A DNA stretch of 63,539 bases, counting the filler, from Collodictyon triciliatum (lineage: Eukaryota): NCBI GenBank assembly GCA_043381765.1. It is 6 parts of 6 records of this genome, joined end to end, with 100 filler letters (N's around TTAATTAATTAA, not from the genome) between each part and the next. Parts side by side here need not be neighbours in the genome. Positions count along the whole stretch, not along the records: positions 1 to 13,840 come from JBHJMP010001909.1; positions 13,941 to 27,780 come from JBHJMP010001910.1; 4 more parts are not named here. One strand, 5' to 3'. The stretch's first letter is position 1, and each line of letters starts with the position of its first letter. This document shows positions 1-14,256 of the stretch, piece by piece. A program made the position numbers and the translations under genes. Under the pieces are notes generated by a model that was not told the DNA's origin, made no database searches, and was given only the letters and a program-made list of their open reading frames with translations.

Positions 1-3000
1 CTCCAATGCCTTTGCAGATGCAAGCGAGTCATCTAGCTCGCTAGTGAGCTTGGTGATTCGAAGAGTTGCAGAGGTGAACTCGACTGACAGTGTATCGTAT
101 TTTAGAGTCCAAGTTCTGGTAACTTGCTCCAGCTCGTCCTCGACAGCTTTTCGGCCGGAATGGCATGAATCTAAATTAGAAATTAGTTCTGCGTTTTGGG
201 ATTTTAATAAAGTAAACTCATCGGTTAGGATATTGTATTTCTGTGTCCAAGTCGATGTTGTTTCCTGGAGCTCATCCTCCAAGGACTGTATCCTCTCCAA
301 AGCCTCCTTCAGCTTGGCTGAGAGCTCGTCGTTGCTATGCTTAGAGTCGCGGAGCTCATCAGATTGATCATCATATTTTTCCGTCCAACTAGAGATTGTT
401 TGCTGGAGTTGAGCCTCTAGAGAGCGTACTTTGTCCACGGTGTCGTTGAACTTTGCAGTTAGCTCTGCGTGGCGTGCTTTCCATTGCACAAGCTCTGCCG
501 AGACAGTATCGTATTTGTGAGACCAGCCAGAAGTTGCTTGTTGGAATTGCGACTCCAATGTGCGAGAATTTCCATGACTTTCACTAAGTTGTGAATTAAG
601 ATCGTTGTAGCGGGCCTTCCATTGAGTGAGTTCAATTGTCAAACTCTCGTATTTTAGGGACCATTCCTTATTCTCTTCCTCCACTTTCTCTAAAGACTTG
701 CACATCGCTTGCGATTCACTGAGACGAGCAACGAGTTCAAGATTTTGTGCTTTCAGCTGACTCAAATCCAGCACCATAGCCTCGTACCTTTGGGAAGCAT
801 CCGATTTATTTTGGGAATGCAAGATCTCAAGAGACTGTAGGGCATACTGAGACTCATTATACTTTTCGACAAGTTCATTATACCTATTGATGGTCTGCTT
901 TAACTCAAGGCAAACTTCCTCATACTTGCGGGTCCACTCTCCAACGTCTAATCGATACTTTTCGTTTTGTTGGCGTGAAAGCTCCTGATGTTCGTTGAAT
1001 TTGTCCACGAGGTCGTTATATCGCTGCTTCACTTGGTTGGTTTCTGAAATAAGTGTTTCGTATTTTTGAACCAAGTCTTGATTTTGCAACTGCAGTTGTT
1101 GGACTGTAATAGTCAAGGCTTGTGACTCTCCGACCTTGACAGCCTGCTCTCGAGATTGGGACTTATGCTGGTCCAGTTCCGACGACAGAGTGTCATACTT
1201 GAGTTTCCAATCCTGATTTGACTGGATAAGCTGCTGTTCCAAGATTTTAGCGGTCGCCTGCGATTCGCTGAGCTTGGAGGCCAGTTCCAGATTTCTCGAT
1301 TTCCATTGATTCAGCTCACTGGCAAGTACTTCTTGTTGTTGAGAGGCATCCGATCTTTGGCGCACTGATTGCTGAGAACTGTCTTGTAGGGAGCTTTGAG
1401 ATTCGTTGTACTTTTCGACGAGTTCATTGTACCTGGAAACTGTCTGCTTTAACTCATGGCAAACTTCTTCATACTTGCGGGTCCATTCATCAGCATCCAA
1501 TCGATATTTTTCGTTTTGTTGCCTTCCAAGCTCTTGATGCTGGTTGAATTTGTCAACCAGTTCGTTATATCGAAGCTTCACTTGATTGGTCTCAGATACC
1601 AGGGCTTCATATTTTTGAATCAGATCCTGGTTCTGGGATTGCAACTGGTGAATCGTGATTGACAAGGCTTGCGCATCACCATCTCCAGAAGAACCGGGAC
1701 GAGTTTGAGCCTTATACTGGTCCAACTCAATACAGAGAGCATCATACTTGCTCTTCCACTCTCGATTACCTTGGTCAAGCTTCTGTCTAAGATCTTCGAG
1801 GTCTTTGGCATTTTGTGCTTTTTCAGCCTCGAGTTTTGACAGTTGTGCCTTGGATTGCTTTTTCTCCTCCTCTGCACCAGATACTTTAGACTCCAGGCCG
1901 CTGTTTTGTCGTCGTAAAGAATCGATTTCTGATTGTAATTGACCAGCATCAGCTGCAGAAGCATGGGATCCCTGTGAAGCCTTGCGTAGGCCATCGAGCT
2001 CGAGCTCGAGTTTAGAGTATTTCGCTTGATTCTCTCCCAGCTTGTTCTGATAATCGCGCTCTTTGTCAGCCCATTTGCGCTGCAGCTCATCGCTGACAGT
2101 AGATTACATTTTAACATCATGTGATAATCTCAGTATTTTAAATAATCCGTGTAATATTATAATTTTTTTTTTAAAAAAAAAGCAGATGACTCGAGGACTC
2201 ACATTTCAAGTTGCTTCTTGTATGTTGAATCCTTCTGCAACTCCAAGGCTGCGGCGGCATCCACCTTGTAACTATCGTACTCCCGGCGTAATTTTGTCAA
2301 TTCGTTTTCGCAAGTCTCTTCTTTCGAGGGAAATTGTGGGGGTAGAACAAAACTACGGCTCTGGCGCCTATGCAGATAAAATAATGATGAGGCGAGGAGC
2401 AATAAAAATAATTTGATAGAAAATTATAAATGTTCTGCTTGGAATTTTCTTCTATTGTACAGTTGAAAGATATGAAGTTCCAAGTCTTTCATATGTTAGG
2501 GGTTTTACTGAGATGCTATCTCAGGCTCTCGCTCAGGCTCTCGCTCAGGCTCAGGTTCAAGCTTGGTGGCGTGGGAAGCTGCTTGTGGCTATTTGATTCA
2601 CCAAGTATTAATGAACAAGTGGTAGAGGAACAAGAGAAAAAGGATTTTGGGGTATGGGGATTTAGCTTATGTTGCTGTAGTAATCAATGTGCTGTTGATC
2701 GTTAATGTGAAAAAGAAAAAAGGATGTGGAAAAATAACAGAAATTCATGTGTTGCATTTCAATCAACGAGATTGGATATCAGTGATTGTTTGAATCTCCT
2801 TCAGAATTATATGATATGGTTAATTATTTACTCGTGCATTTCGAAAGTAGGAGACGTATGTCATGACACTCTGCTCATCAATATTTCCTTCGGCAATGTC
2901 GGAGGGGAATAGAAGCCTGGGGATAGCATACTGTGTTTCTGCAATTGTAAAAGCCTTTTCCAGGTTATCTGCCACATTCTGTGAATTAGTGAGAATAGTT

Positions 3001-4302
3001 AGTAAACTTCTGTTGTTAGTGATGTCTTGCACCGAAGATTATTATACTCAAAAAAATGTAAAAAAAAAACGAAAGATAGGTTACGCTTCCAAGAGATTCC
3101 ATGGCCATAACTCCAGGGTCAAGGCTGTCGACCAAGGCGCACAGGATATAACCATCTTGGAAACTATTTTTGTATTAGATATAGAGTGTTCAAATCGTGA
3201 TTAAACATGCTCTGGTCTTTTTATCATCGAGAAAGAGAATAACTGCATATAAACTCATAGGATGCTTACCTTGTCGTAAAGTTTGATGCTTGAGCACGTT
3301 TGTACGGAAGGAGTTGTTTCTGTGTCCACTCGAGGAGGTCTTTTTTCAGTCGGGCGGCATTTGTTTCTACGAGGAAAAAAAAGTTTGTTAAATGGTCACT
3401 GCATTTTTTTTATAGTAGTGTCCCGCTATTAAATGCGACACTATAGTTATTCAAACATGAGGTGGCAAAACCTTTCCCATCTCCACTGCCTGCCTGGATT
3501 TGATATCGACGAATAAGGGCCCAGAGGGTAGCCAAGAGCATCTTCTGGTTTCCATCGACGATCGCTGCAGTTTTTTTTTTAAAAATAAATAAATAAATAA
3601 AGAGGCATCCATGGTTTTAAATAGAACTAGTTGATTGTTCATATGACCATTACTCGCAACCGAGGGCCACAACCTAAGACATGTATATTCATTACGTTGT
3701 TTTCATCACTAACCATCTGGATTCACACCGACAAGTCTCACTTGGGCCTTGTCAAGGTATCTGAGGAATGCCTGTGCATTGGAAAGCCTTTCGATGCGGC
3801 GATTGGCAGTCTGCAAAGTTTTTTTTTGTTTGGTTTTTAAGAAAAGATAGGTAGATGGTTGGAGGAAAGAAGCCATCAACAGTAAAGTGGGAAATGAGGA
3901 ATATCATCACAGAGCACATCCCACAACGATTTTCATCTTGTTTGTATGTATGTATTAAATGTATGCTGATATATTGCATCGCTTCGTCCTTTGAAGAAAA
4001 AGGAAAAGACTTCTGAGATGGGAAAATAGAGTGTAGATATGGCGGACCTTTTCATATTTTTCAGAAAACTCTCTTCCGTCAAGAATCTCTATGAGCGCGA
4101 TGAAAAGAAGTCCATCTTTCAGATCTTCTGTCATACTCTTGATGAACTTTTGCTTCTTGGCCAAGTGCGAATTAGCCCATGCAGTGAAGGCCTAAAACGA
4201 ATGAATATGAGACCAAAAAAAAAAAAGAAAAAAAGAGATGTTACTCATAAACACAACTGCGCCTCTGTGTTCAGTAACAGGCGCGTGAATATGTTTTTTC
4301 AT
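1..4302 (-). CDS. Actinin-type tandem calponin-homology (CH1-CH2) actin-binding protein with long coiled-coil tail; multi-exon, 3' end runs off the window
   Basis: Spliced exons read AFTAWANSHL..EDLKDGLLFIALIEIL, IVDGNQKMLLATLWALIRRYQI, LLEWTQ, FQDGYILCALV and NLEKAFTIAETQYAIPRLL..DEQSVMTYVSYF, which are canonical CH1/CH2 motifs. An E/Q/K/L-rich coiled-coil exon of about 2.1 kb follows (1-~2100). The start at 4302 is tentative. Confidence 0.85.
700..1800 (-). repeat. Coding tandem duplication of about 549 bp (183 aa) inside the coiled-coil exon
   Basis: TGCTTTAACTCA occurs at 896 and 1445, and TCGCyTGCGATTC at 706 and 1255. The 549-bp offset holds through long similar blocks. Confidence 0.8.
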
Positions 4303-5653
4303 AGTGATATCTTCGAGAGGTTTCTCCCACCTTTGTTTGCAGGATATCGCGAGGATCTGGTTCGTAGAGCAGGAAAAGTATTGAATGTTAGAATCGTATG
4401 CTTGCAATATGGAAAAATCAACCACGAGGTATTTGTATGTATTTTCATTTTCCGGCCATCTCTTGACGTGCGTGTGGATATGAAACAGCAGGGCGTGGAA
4501 TAAATAACCAGACAAACCGGTCGACTCCGCCATCGGGCTCTGTCAGGCAACAAGGACTCGAACGAAAGCCTGCTTCAGAGGTGGCAGATAAACAAATGGT
4601 TGAATAGGTAGTTAGAGGAATACAAATGTCTGCTCTGTGTCCATTCTGTTCCGTAGTTAATTTCAGCATTCTCTCCGGCGCTCTTCAGGACACATAAATA
4701 ATGAATGGATTGTCCCCTTCATAGCTTCCTCTCGTAATCGACAAGAACTTGACACACCCATATTCTCTAATTCAGGTCCGGCATGACTGGCAGGATGCTT
4801 AGCGTGTCTCTCGCCTAGAAAATCAGGCTCGCTTCGACCCTCATTTATACATCTCGTGGTCGCTTCTTGCGAGGGAAAAAAAGAAAATATTAATGAGCCA
4901 AAATTAAAATAAAACAATCCATCGCACCAACCACACAGCCCACTTTGTCAATTCTTGTTTCTATTTTAATCGTGGTCTTCATTGTACAAATACGCCATTT
5001 GAAATGCATTACGAAGCTCACTTGATTTGCCAGTGCGTCATGGCCTCGCGTGGCTGTCATTGGGTCGCACGAATCCGCTGCTGTGGCCGAACACAAGCGA
5101 TTCCCAACCTGGATATACCCTTTCTTGGAAAATGAATCAGGCCGTTCTTTCTCAGAATTATGGGTTTAGACCTCCCAAAAATGTCCTTTTTGGGGAACAT
5201 GATGTCGACGCCGGGCGCACCAGGGTTCTGGTGCTGTGTCCAGATTTGGGCATCGGAGGGTGGAGTGAGGCTCTGAATCTCGCGCTTTCCGCAACACACG
5301 CGGCAGCGGACGCAGCTGGTGGGGATGTGTTTCGTCAACAGAACAACATAAAACTTAGGCAGATGGTGGAAACGAAGAGATGCTTACTAAAATTACGCTA
5401 TTTTCGATGGAAAAATCAAATATTGTGTGAATGAGACGAATGCGCCGGCGTGTAATGCTGCACACGTCTCGCTTCTTGTTATTCTCTTTTATTTTGTTGT
5501 GTGAGGCGAAACCAAAAAGAAAGGGAAAAAGAACCAGAATTCAAGGATATACAAGAGAACGTGGTGAGATATTGCCAAGGCTATCAACTGCATGACATAT
5601 CTTGTGTGAGTGCATCTCAAGCTTCATGTTTTGGTCAGCACATATTTGCATAA

Positions 5654-8600
5654 TCACCTCGGGAATCTGTCAACAAAATATGGAATGCTGTCGACAATCT
5701 TCTGGATGGGAAACGCGTCTGCTTGCTGGTTGGACCTTGTTGGAGAATGTGCGATTCTAACAGTTGAATTAGGCCGTGCTCTTTGATGGTTGGAGTGTGG
5801 GAAGGTTGTGTTCATCACGGATGATGCAGATGACACGCGGGTGGGTGAGAGTGGTTGTCCTGCTCTCACCAAGGAGCGACCACCAAAATGTGAAGCAGAA
5901 CTCTCATACTCCTGGAAAGGAGGGTCGTCATCCATGTCGATCTTTCTGGTCTCTACTTCCAGTCGAGCTCCTCTTTGTAATGTTGCAAATGAGCCAGAGT
6001 GTGAAGATGTCTGTGAAGTGAAAGGGAAATTCCACGATTGTTGATTCTCTACGCTCGATAAGCCGGCTGCCCGCTGGTTGAACCGGCTTGCTCCTGAATG
6101 TGTGCTGGAGTGTCCACTGAAAGGAACCCCTGAAGAAGCCCTGTCTCTTTCGAAACCACCCTGCGAGTAATCACCCAGTCTCTCATGAGGGAATTTGGAG
6201 GCAGAAGCAGGTCTCCGATTCGACGTTGTAGATGCAGCGGTATGACTCTGTCGACGAGAAAAAATATCAGTGTGTGTATCCATAGTGGACTCTGACATCG
6301 ATGCTAGTGTGGGTGCTGGTATGCCGGATGCTATCGCAGTTGACAAACCGAGGGTAGAACTTAAAGGCAACCTTGCCATATGTTGCAAGTAAGTGGGACT
6401 TGTGGCTCTTTGCTCAAATAGGATACGTTGCTCTCCTCGCATGTTCGTCTCAGATGCGGACGAATGCCACCGCTGTGCTTCTGTCCGAAGCTGGTGCTGC
6501 AAGGCCATGTTCTCTGTTTTCAGGGTATCCACTTCGGCTTGCAGTATCCTTGTCTTCTCCGTTGGTATACTTTGGGGCTGCAGGGTTTGTGCCAACGACT
6601 GGTTGATATCTGTTTGCATATGGCGAACGGAGTCGAGCAGTTCCTGGGTTTGCTTCAATTTGCTTGTCATAGAATCCTTCTCACATTGCTCTAAATCAAG
6701 AAGTTCTTTCATTCGCTGCTTCTCAAGCTCCAACTGGCGAATCTGTATTTCCAGTTGTTGTAGCCTCTTTTGTGAACTCTGTGCAGTGTCTATATTTTCA
6801 TGAATTTTTGATTCGTGTGCAGCCAACTTGTGCTCGAGTGTTTGCCTCTGTTTAGTTAGCATACTAATGACCCCTTTAGCGCTGTCGACTTCCTCTTGAA
6901 GGGATGCAATCTTAATAAGGGCCTCGTGACTCTGGATGTCAGCTGATTGCGACGCTGACTTTCCTGCTTCGACAGCCTGTTCAAGAGAATGCGAATTGTA
7001 CATGAGTTCTGATATATCAAAGCGTGGATAACTCATGCTGCCGATATGGGTTACATGCCTCCTAGAAAAATCTTGATATATAATGTGCAAAAGCTCGTCT
7101 ATATTTATTTGAAAAAGAATGAAAACAAAAAGGAAAAAAAAGAGTGTAAATATAAGTAACAACAGGGTGTTTGTATAAACTTCATAACAATTACATTTTG
7201 GAGTTGACATATGGTCCCTTTTTGTTCATCTGCATGTGTTTTCTAATGCACATTTTTTAAAAGAAAAATTAGCGCAGATAAACATAAAAGGCTTTGGGTG
7301 AGTATTTTGGCCAAATCAAGAGAAAAATCAGTGTGAGAAAACATAAATAATATTTTTATTTCATCCCTCTTACCAAAAGCTTATATTTCGAGGTAATCTC
7401 TTGCATAGATTCCATAATTTCTCGATTAGCTTCTCTAGCTTCCGATATTTGAGTGGAATATTGGTAAATTGTCTTTGATATTTCTTCCAAAAGATCGCTC
7501 AATGGGACATTTCGTAACTCTCGGTCTTGTTCGGCAGTGCCTGGCACTTCGTCAGATAGTAGATATGTCCTAATCTAGTAAGGTAAGAAAATAAATAGAT
7601 TGTGATTTTTGTTTGTAAACAAAATATCGTCTAAAAAAAAAAAAGGAAAAGAAACTATTCGCTGCATACGCTAAAGATGATGAAATTCATAATTGTTCAC
7701 CGTTTCCAACTCAACACTTCCATCCAACGAGGAAATGATTGATTCACGTATACGACAAAGCAGTTTGATATGGCTGATTTGTTCACTGTCACGTTCCAAT
7801 TGAATCCTCTTTGAATCAGACTCTAGTGCAGCTAACCTAGCAGCGAACTGCTCAGCATCACTTTTAAGCTTATCTGTAGATTTGTAGGTTGTATAATTCA
7901 ATAGTGAGACAGATAAAAATCCAAGAGTAATTTAACGCTGCCTATGTTTCAAAAAAAAAATTTTTAAAAAAAACCCCCCTTCAAAAAGAGTAAACATATT
8001 TTGAAGTTCGAACCTGTGTAACCATCGATCTGATGCTTATAATTTTCTATCACGGCTGTTTTTTCTTTCGCGAGGTTTTCCAATTTTTTTAACAGCACAG
8101 CTTTCTCGTCTGCTAACTGCACTACCTCGTCGCGCAGTTGTGTGATTTCGTGGCTGCACCAAAGAAATTTTAATTTCGATAATAATATGATGACTGTATT
8201 ACTTGACTTCGTAATTTCATGACATTATCAAAAATCCCACAAGAGGTAGCAAATATCATCACATTAAAGATAGGCATGATTAATCATTGGGGCCCACAGA
8301 CTGTAATTAATGGTAATGAAGCGAAAAAGGATGGTGTGAATTAAAAGGGGCTGTGAGGGTCTCAATCTTATTTTACCTCTTTATATCATTCGATGATAAA
8401 AGCCCATTAAGCTCGCTCCTTTCGGTGAGATAAGTCTCGCGTATCTCCTCAATAATAGATGTCCATTCATCCATTTGTGACCTCCCTCCATCATCTTTTC
8501 GATGAATAGAAAATTCAGACCTAATCTTTTATTTTTATGATGTAAATGTTATAATTAGAAATTCGGCAGTGGCTTGCTGTTGCATCTCGTGATAACTTCA

Positions 8601-11600
8601 GTGCTACATATTTTTCAGCTATGATTAGATCGCTACTTGTCGAATATTTTGGAGAATATCACGAGTATCCATAGCCATGAAGGCATCTAATATCTCCCAT
8701 AGTTCAGACAGCTATGGATTGCGTTTCAGAAAAAAATCAGTGATGGCAATTCCCACTGAAAAATTTAAATATTTTTTTTTTGTTGATTTTTGAATTTTGA
8801 ATTTTCTTATTTTATTGAAGTAACAAGCTTCGTAAGAATAATCATCGTGATGGTCTATGAATACATCGGTTTCTCTGACCTCTACTTCGAATGCGGAATT
8901 GTTGTCTCTGAGTTTCGCCATGAATGTCTGGAGTTCATCTGTGAAATATTTTTATTGTTACTGTTATTCGTTTATTCACACGCATTATAGAGAAAGAGGC
9001 GATTGTGATTCTGAAAAGATAATCTTGGTCATCACTCTAGAAGAACCTTTTTCGTGTTGTGTCCCTTCCAAAAATAATAACAGCTGCTTGTATTCAGTGA
9101 CAATCATTTCCATTTCCTTGCCCATCTCTACTATCTTTAAGCTGCTGCTGTGCTCCTTTGCAAGAGCCTCTTCATACTTTGTCCTCAGAGTGAAAAGAGC
9201 TTGTTCGTAAGATGCTGATTTTGTTCTCATAATCTCCCTAACGGCGAATCGTCATTAATGATTGAGTAAACAATCCATTACATATCAAGTTGATTCAATT
9301 TTATCATGAAATATTCTCATATAATAACATTATACTATCACAGTTATGGTCTGAAAGATATAAATGTGGTCGATAAACAATATTATTGAGATTACTTTAT
9401 GGCTTCCAGTTCTTTGGCATATTGCTCACATTGGCGGTGGGCTTGATTCAAAGCATCTCGCATGATTTCGGCTTTTTCATCAGCTGCAGGTGCTTCTTGT
9501 TCGACTACAGAAACCCAATGAATTGAAAATACTTTAGCAAAAATAGGCATCAGACGAAATAATAAGTGTATGTTATCAGGTTTCCAAGGAGAGTGAAGAC
9601 ATGCTTCGCCCTAGTATTTTCGGTGTACGGAATGAAATAGTAAGTGTATGAATATTTTATTGAAACCTTCCAACAAAGCCAATGATTTGTGCAATAGTCC
9701 AAGAACAATCTCCACATTAATTTTTTTCTCGGTGACATGAGATATCGCCGGGGGATATAGATTATCTTTTATGGATATAAGCAATCCATAGAGCTTGATG
9801 TAAAAAATAATACTTAATGAGTGTGCTTTGAAATAAATTCACTGGCACTACACGACCACTAAACCACTGGATTGAGCCTCCAAATTTTCTTTTCTCATTT
9901 GAAATATAGAAAATATAATCAGGGAGGAGTGTAGAATTATTGAGAAATTCAGTGTGGTAATATATAGAAAATAGCAAAGGTCGTCCTTTTCCGGGAAAAT
10001 ATTGGAAAAAAATAGCATGTTAAATGGGATACTTGGATAAGATTGAAGAAGAGATGTAGGCATATGTTACCTCTTTCGCAACGCCGGAGCTCAAGTGATT
10101 GGACTCTGACTTTACTTTTGCTAATATTCCAAGAAATGCAACTTCAGAGATTGAAGAAGCTCGAAATGCACATGGTTGAGAGGAAAAAGAAAACAAGTTT
10201 ATGTATGCGGCAAAAAGAGACAAGTGCTTACTTAGACTTCCAAATATGTTTGTCTCCAAGACACTTGACAGGTCATTCATCAAGGTACTCAGTCGTTTTG
10301 ATTGCGTGAGTTGCCCTTGATACTCCTCTAAAAACTGGTAGCAACATACTAATATGTCCATTATCGAATGACTTCCCCTTTCGGGCTGATTGGATGAAGG
10401 GAATAGTAAATCTTCTTTGTGAAGGTTGTCTTTCCCATGAATCAAATCAGTTTCAGAAGCTGCTGCATTTCCACGAGTTGCTTCAAATTCTGGAGCTCTC
10501 TTTATCTCAGAGTGTGTTGGTAACTTTGCAAGGGACCCTAGAGATTGGGAATCGAGTGGATCTAAAAGGCCAACGTGTCTAGGTGACGCTTGGTCATGAT
10601 TAATGTTCGGCTTGAAGTCAACATTAGCCACCAACGCTGGACGAGCAGACACATGGTCTTCATAAAATGTAATCATATCCTTCATAGTTTGCTCCATCTC
10701 CTGAAAAAAGACAGGCAAAGTAATATGGGCCTCAGACAGTTTCGAAAAGAACATTTTTATACTAGAAAATAGTAGGTTGGAGATCTCAATCAACTCTTGG
10801 GTGGGTTCTGGTATTATGTCTGTCTGTGTCGATGCACTCTCCAATAAAGCCATATGACCTGCTTGATGTTTGTTAAAGGCTATGAGATCTAAAATTTTCA
10901 TTGATTTGAAGGAGAATAAATAGGGACGATTTATTTGACCTGCCAATACTAAATCATGAATCAGTATAAATCAATCGACACTTTTTTAGAATAGTATTTA
11001 GAGGGAAAAGATTGTGAAAATTGCAAGTTCAGAAATATTTGACTTGTGTGGAAACCTGGAAGGTTTTCATATGGTATAGTATTTGTTTTTGAAGTGCTTT
11101 CTCCAATTTGCGCCAGTTTGGAAAACTACGTATCAAGGGAGATTGTCTTGAAATTATAAAAAAAAATTATCATGAATGTTGCTATCAATAAAAATCAAAG
11201 CGATCTATATTTGTCGTGCCTCATGACTATCATTCTTAACAACAGGTCTCCGAATTGGATCGGTATATTCTAGGCTGGAATAGAAGTATTATTCGAGAAG
11301 GGAAAAGAATATCTGTCGCAAGAGTTGATTTTTCTTTAAGTCACTGAGGTTTTTTTTTGAAAAACAAAAACAAAAACAAAAACAAAAACAAAAACAAAAA
11401 CAAAAACAAAAACAAAAACAAAAACAAAAACAAAAACAAAAACAAAAACAAAAACAAAAACAAACAAAATTACAGCTACCCATGGTGTGCCAAAGTTGAA
11501 CTACCAGATAAGGTCGAGTTGGTTCTCTATGCGAGTTTGGTGAAGTTTGAAATTGAATAATTCAAGCTCTCTACAATTAAGATTGTATGTAAATGCAAAA

Positions 11601-13680
11601 AATCAAGTTCAATTTGAGATGAATTATATACCTCAACCAATCCCTCTTTTTGTATTTGTTGGAAAATAATAGATATTTTTGAAGATTTAAACATCAGTGT
11701 CTGCAAAAGCTCAATCACATCTGTTATGACCTCAAACGTTTGCGAGAATTCAACCTACATTAATCAATTTTAGCTGTGTTAAATTGGGGAAATAGCTCCT
11801 AACCTGTTGAAAAAAAAATTATAATCGAGAATATGCACCACTTGTTCATTCATTATATGCATATTTAAATATTCATAATACCATCCATCATGAAGTATAT
11901 TTTCTTAAAAGTAATCATACACTGCGTGGAGATTCTATCGATTGGTTCTTTTTTAGATATTCCTTCAGGAAATGAATCTGGTTCCCAACAGATTCTTCGA
12001 TAAATTGAAAGAAAGATGAAGTAAAATGAGAAGCTTCGGGAGATCCCAAAGAGCGAGTCGCTCGGATAAATGAACCGCTATAAAAGGATGTTGTTTTTTT
12101 TAAAAAAAAAATGATGCCAAAATTACACGAGAACATAATAAATGAGCCCAGTGACGAAGGAAACGCCCAGAAATAAAACCATTCTATTGAAGAGTATGAA
12201 AAAAATCTTACGAGTAGTTTACATCCGTAGTTGTCCTTGACTCAAGCAATCTTGTGTAATCCTTTTGCACCTCACAGTAGCGCCATTCTAAATCAGATTG
12301 GTCTCGAATAGATCTATCCAAGACAGCCTTGAGGCGCTCGTTCTCCTTCACCAGATATTGTGCCCCGTGGTCGGCAGTTTCTTTGATAGTGCCCGACACT
12401 AGAACCATATCCTGGGCGAAAAATTGTTCGGGAATGATGAAATACGTATCCGCTTGCCATCCATTAAGGAATTAATATTTGGACACCATTTGGTGTTACT
12501 TTTTTATTTTGTTTGCCATTCTTTGTCATTTTCCTTATTCTTTCAGATAAATAAGCAGAATTCTTTGTAGGAGAAGAAAAAGGAATAGCTACTACTTACA
12601 TTTGACTCTTCTTTAAGCACATCATATTCTATGCGGAGTCTCTCGTGCTCCCTCTTCAAATTAGAATACTCACACTGTAACTTTTCCAGTTCGCTGTGTA
12701 AAGTATCCTCCGGGCTCAACAAGAGGAGAAGCTGATTTTTCTTGTGATTCAAAGCATCAATTTCCTTGACTAGGTCTTCCTTCTCTGATAAGAGCGACAC
12801 TCTCTCCTTGATGAGATGTTTTGTTTCTTCACTCATTTTACTTAAAAGATATGTTTCATCAGCCTCCCCCATGAAAATATGAGAATTAGTCCCTGAAAGT
12901 CCAGACATATTGTCCCGCCTTGCGTCGGCAAATCTAGAATATCTGCTGGATTCAATTCCTTTTTCAAACAGAAAATCATCGTCTTCACTATTTTCCTCCA
13001 ACGTCAATCTTTCTGCTGTCCGAAGACCGGATTTTTGAAGGTCAGGAAATAGGATAGAACTGTACGTGGAAGTAATTGCTGGGTTTTCTGCGTAGGCCTG
13101 ACATTGAGTACAATGAGTTTAAGTCAAAATGCGTGAAGTTCATAATATTAAGGTTGGAAAATGCATTTGCGCAATTCGTAAGTAGAAAAAATTCGATTAT
13201 TGTTTTTTGCTTCTCTATCGTTCCTTACTTTTTGGGGAAAAAAAGGAAAACCTAGCGATGCAAATAAAAAAAACTAGAAGAATAAGAATGTGCAGTTATA
13301 TTTTTTATCTGGATATCAGCCGTACGCATACATGCATTTGGTATTCCGGTAGTCGAGTCGCTGCAGCTTCATAATTTCTGTCCTGGCTGTTTTCATCTGG
13401 CTCGAATCCCAACAACTGATCTAGCGTCAAGGCATCGCGATGATTCTGCTAATATATGCTTATGTAAATATAAATGTGTAACTTCTGCGCTTTGGCGGTA
13501 ACAACGTCTGGATATCAGAAAAATGCAATAGTATGCTTTGACAAGCAAGAAGGAACAAAAGAGCAGAATCGTATAGGGTTTACAGACAGATTAAAAATGA
13601 CAGTATTTTTTCTAAAAAAAAAAGACAAAAACTGAACAATGTGAAGCACGTACACCCGAGACGCGAGTATCTGGTTCCAT
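5654..13680 (-). CDS. Large multi-exon coiled-coil protein of unknown function with an S/R-rich disordered C-terminal part
   Basis: A series of E/K/L/Q-rich minus-strand ORF pieces (13007-12543, 12408-12208, 10946-10020, 9230-8985, 7901-7671, 7547-7356, 7210-5654) is separated by AT-rich GT-AG introns. No catalytic motif was recognised. Both ends are uncertain and this could be two genes. Confidence 0.65.
11360..11465. repeat. (AAAAAC)n microsatellite in an intron
   Basis: Direct reading. Confidence 0.95.
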
Positions 13681-13840
13681 GGCGCTGTGCTTTCTCGATG
13701 GCAAGCTGATTTTTTTAAAAAAAAATATATGTTTTAGTGGTTTTTTATGGTTTTTTTATGGTTTTTTATGGTTTTTTATGGTTTTTTTATGGTTTTTTTA
13801 TGGTTTTTTATGGTTTTTTATGGTTTTTTTTATGGTTTTT

Positions 13841-13940
13841 NNNNNNNNNNNNNNNNNNNNNNNNNNNNNNNNNNNNNNNNNNNNTTAATTAATTAANNNN
13901 NNNNNNNNNNNNNNNNNNNNNNNNNNNNNNNNNNNNNNNN
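13841..13940. other. Artificial contig spacer (44 N + TTAATTAATTAA + 44 N)
   Basis: Identical 100-bp linker with stops in all six frames; it recurs five times in the window. Confidence 0.97.
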
Positions 13941-14256
13941 TCGTGCAATACAGCTTCCTGAACAGTCTGCTGAAACACGCTCGCATTCTTCGCTACTCTG
14001 ACCGCAAGCGAAGAGAGATGTGGGAATGTGTCGTAAGATATCTTCCGCAGCATATCCAACCCCTGCTACCCACGCAGCCAATCAACCAGTTGGGTCGCAC
14101 ACCTGACCAACTCGCTATCACTAATATCTTTCCAGAGTTAGCCTCTCCACCGTAGTGTCTTCTCTTACACGCGCTTGCTCTCTCCCATGCGCTCCCATCC
14201 CGCCCCTTTGTATGGCATAACCTCGCTGTACTTCGAACCGAGTAAAGGGAAAAAAA
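13941..14256 (+). mobile_element. 3' end of an L1/Tx1-like non-LTR retrotransposon (family A): ORF2 C-terminus, 3' UTR and short poly(A)
   Basis: The ORF ending at 14155 (QYSFLNSLLKHARILRYSDRKRREMWE..QLAITNIFP) aligns with the post-zinc-knuckle C-terminus of the element at 26587-27780 (QISFPNSSLRHLHVLYYSDPVRRDMWK..QFLITDYFS). The tail ends GTAAAGGGAAAAAAA. Confidence 0.75.

Noticed and set aside
4400-5440. Separate gene between the CH-domain gene and the coiled-coil gene
   Set aside because: Only short ORFs with no motif are present and no consistent spliced frame could be built. It may be 5' UTR or promoter.
13885-13896. Palindromic TTAATTAATTAA inside N runs as a biological site
   Set aside because: It is identical in all five gaps and encodes stops in six frames, so it is an assembly linker.
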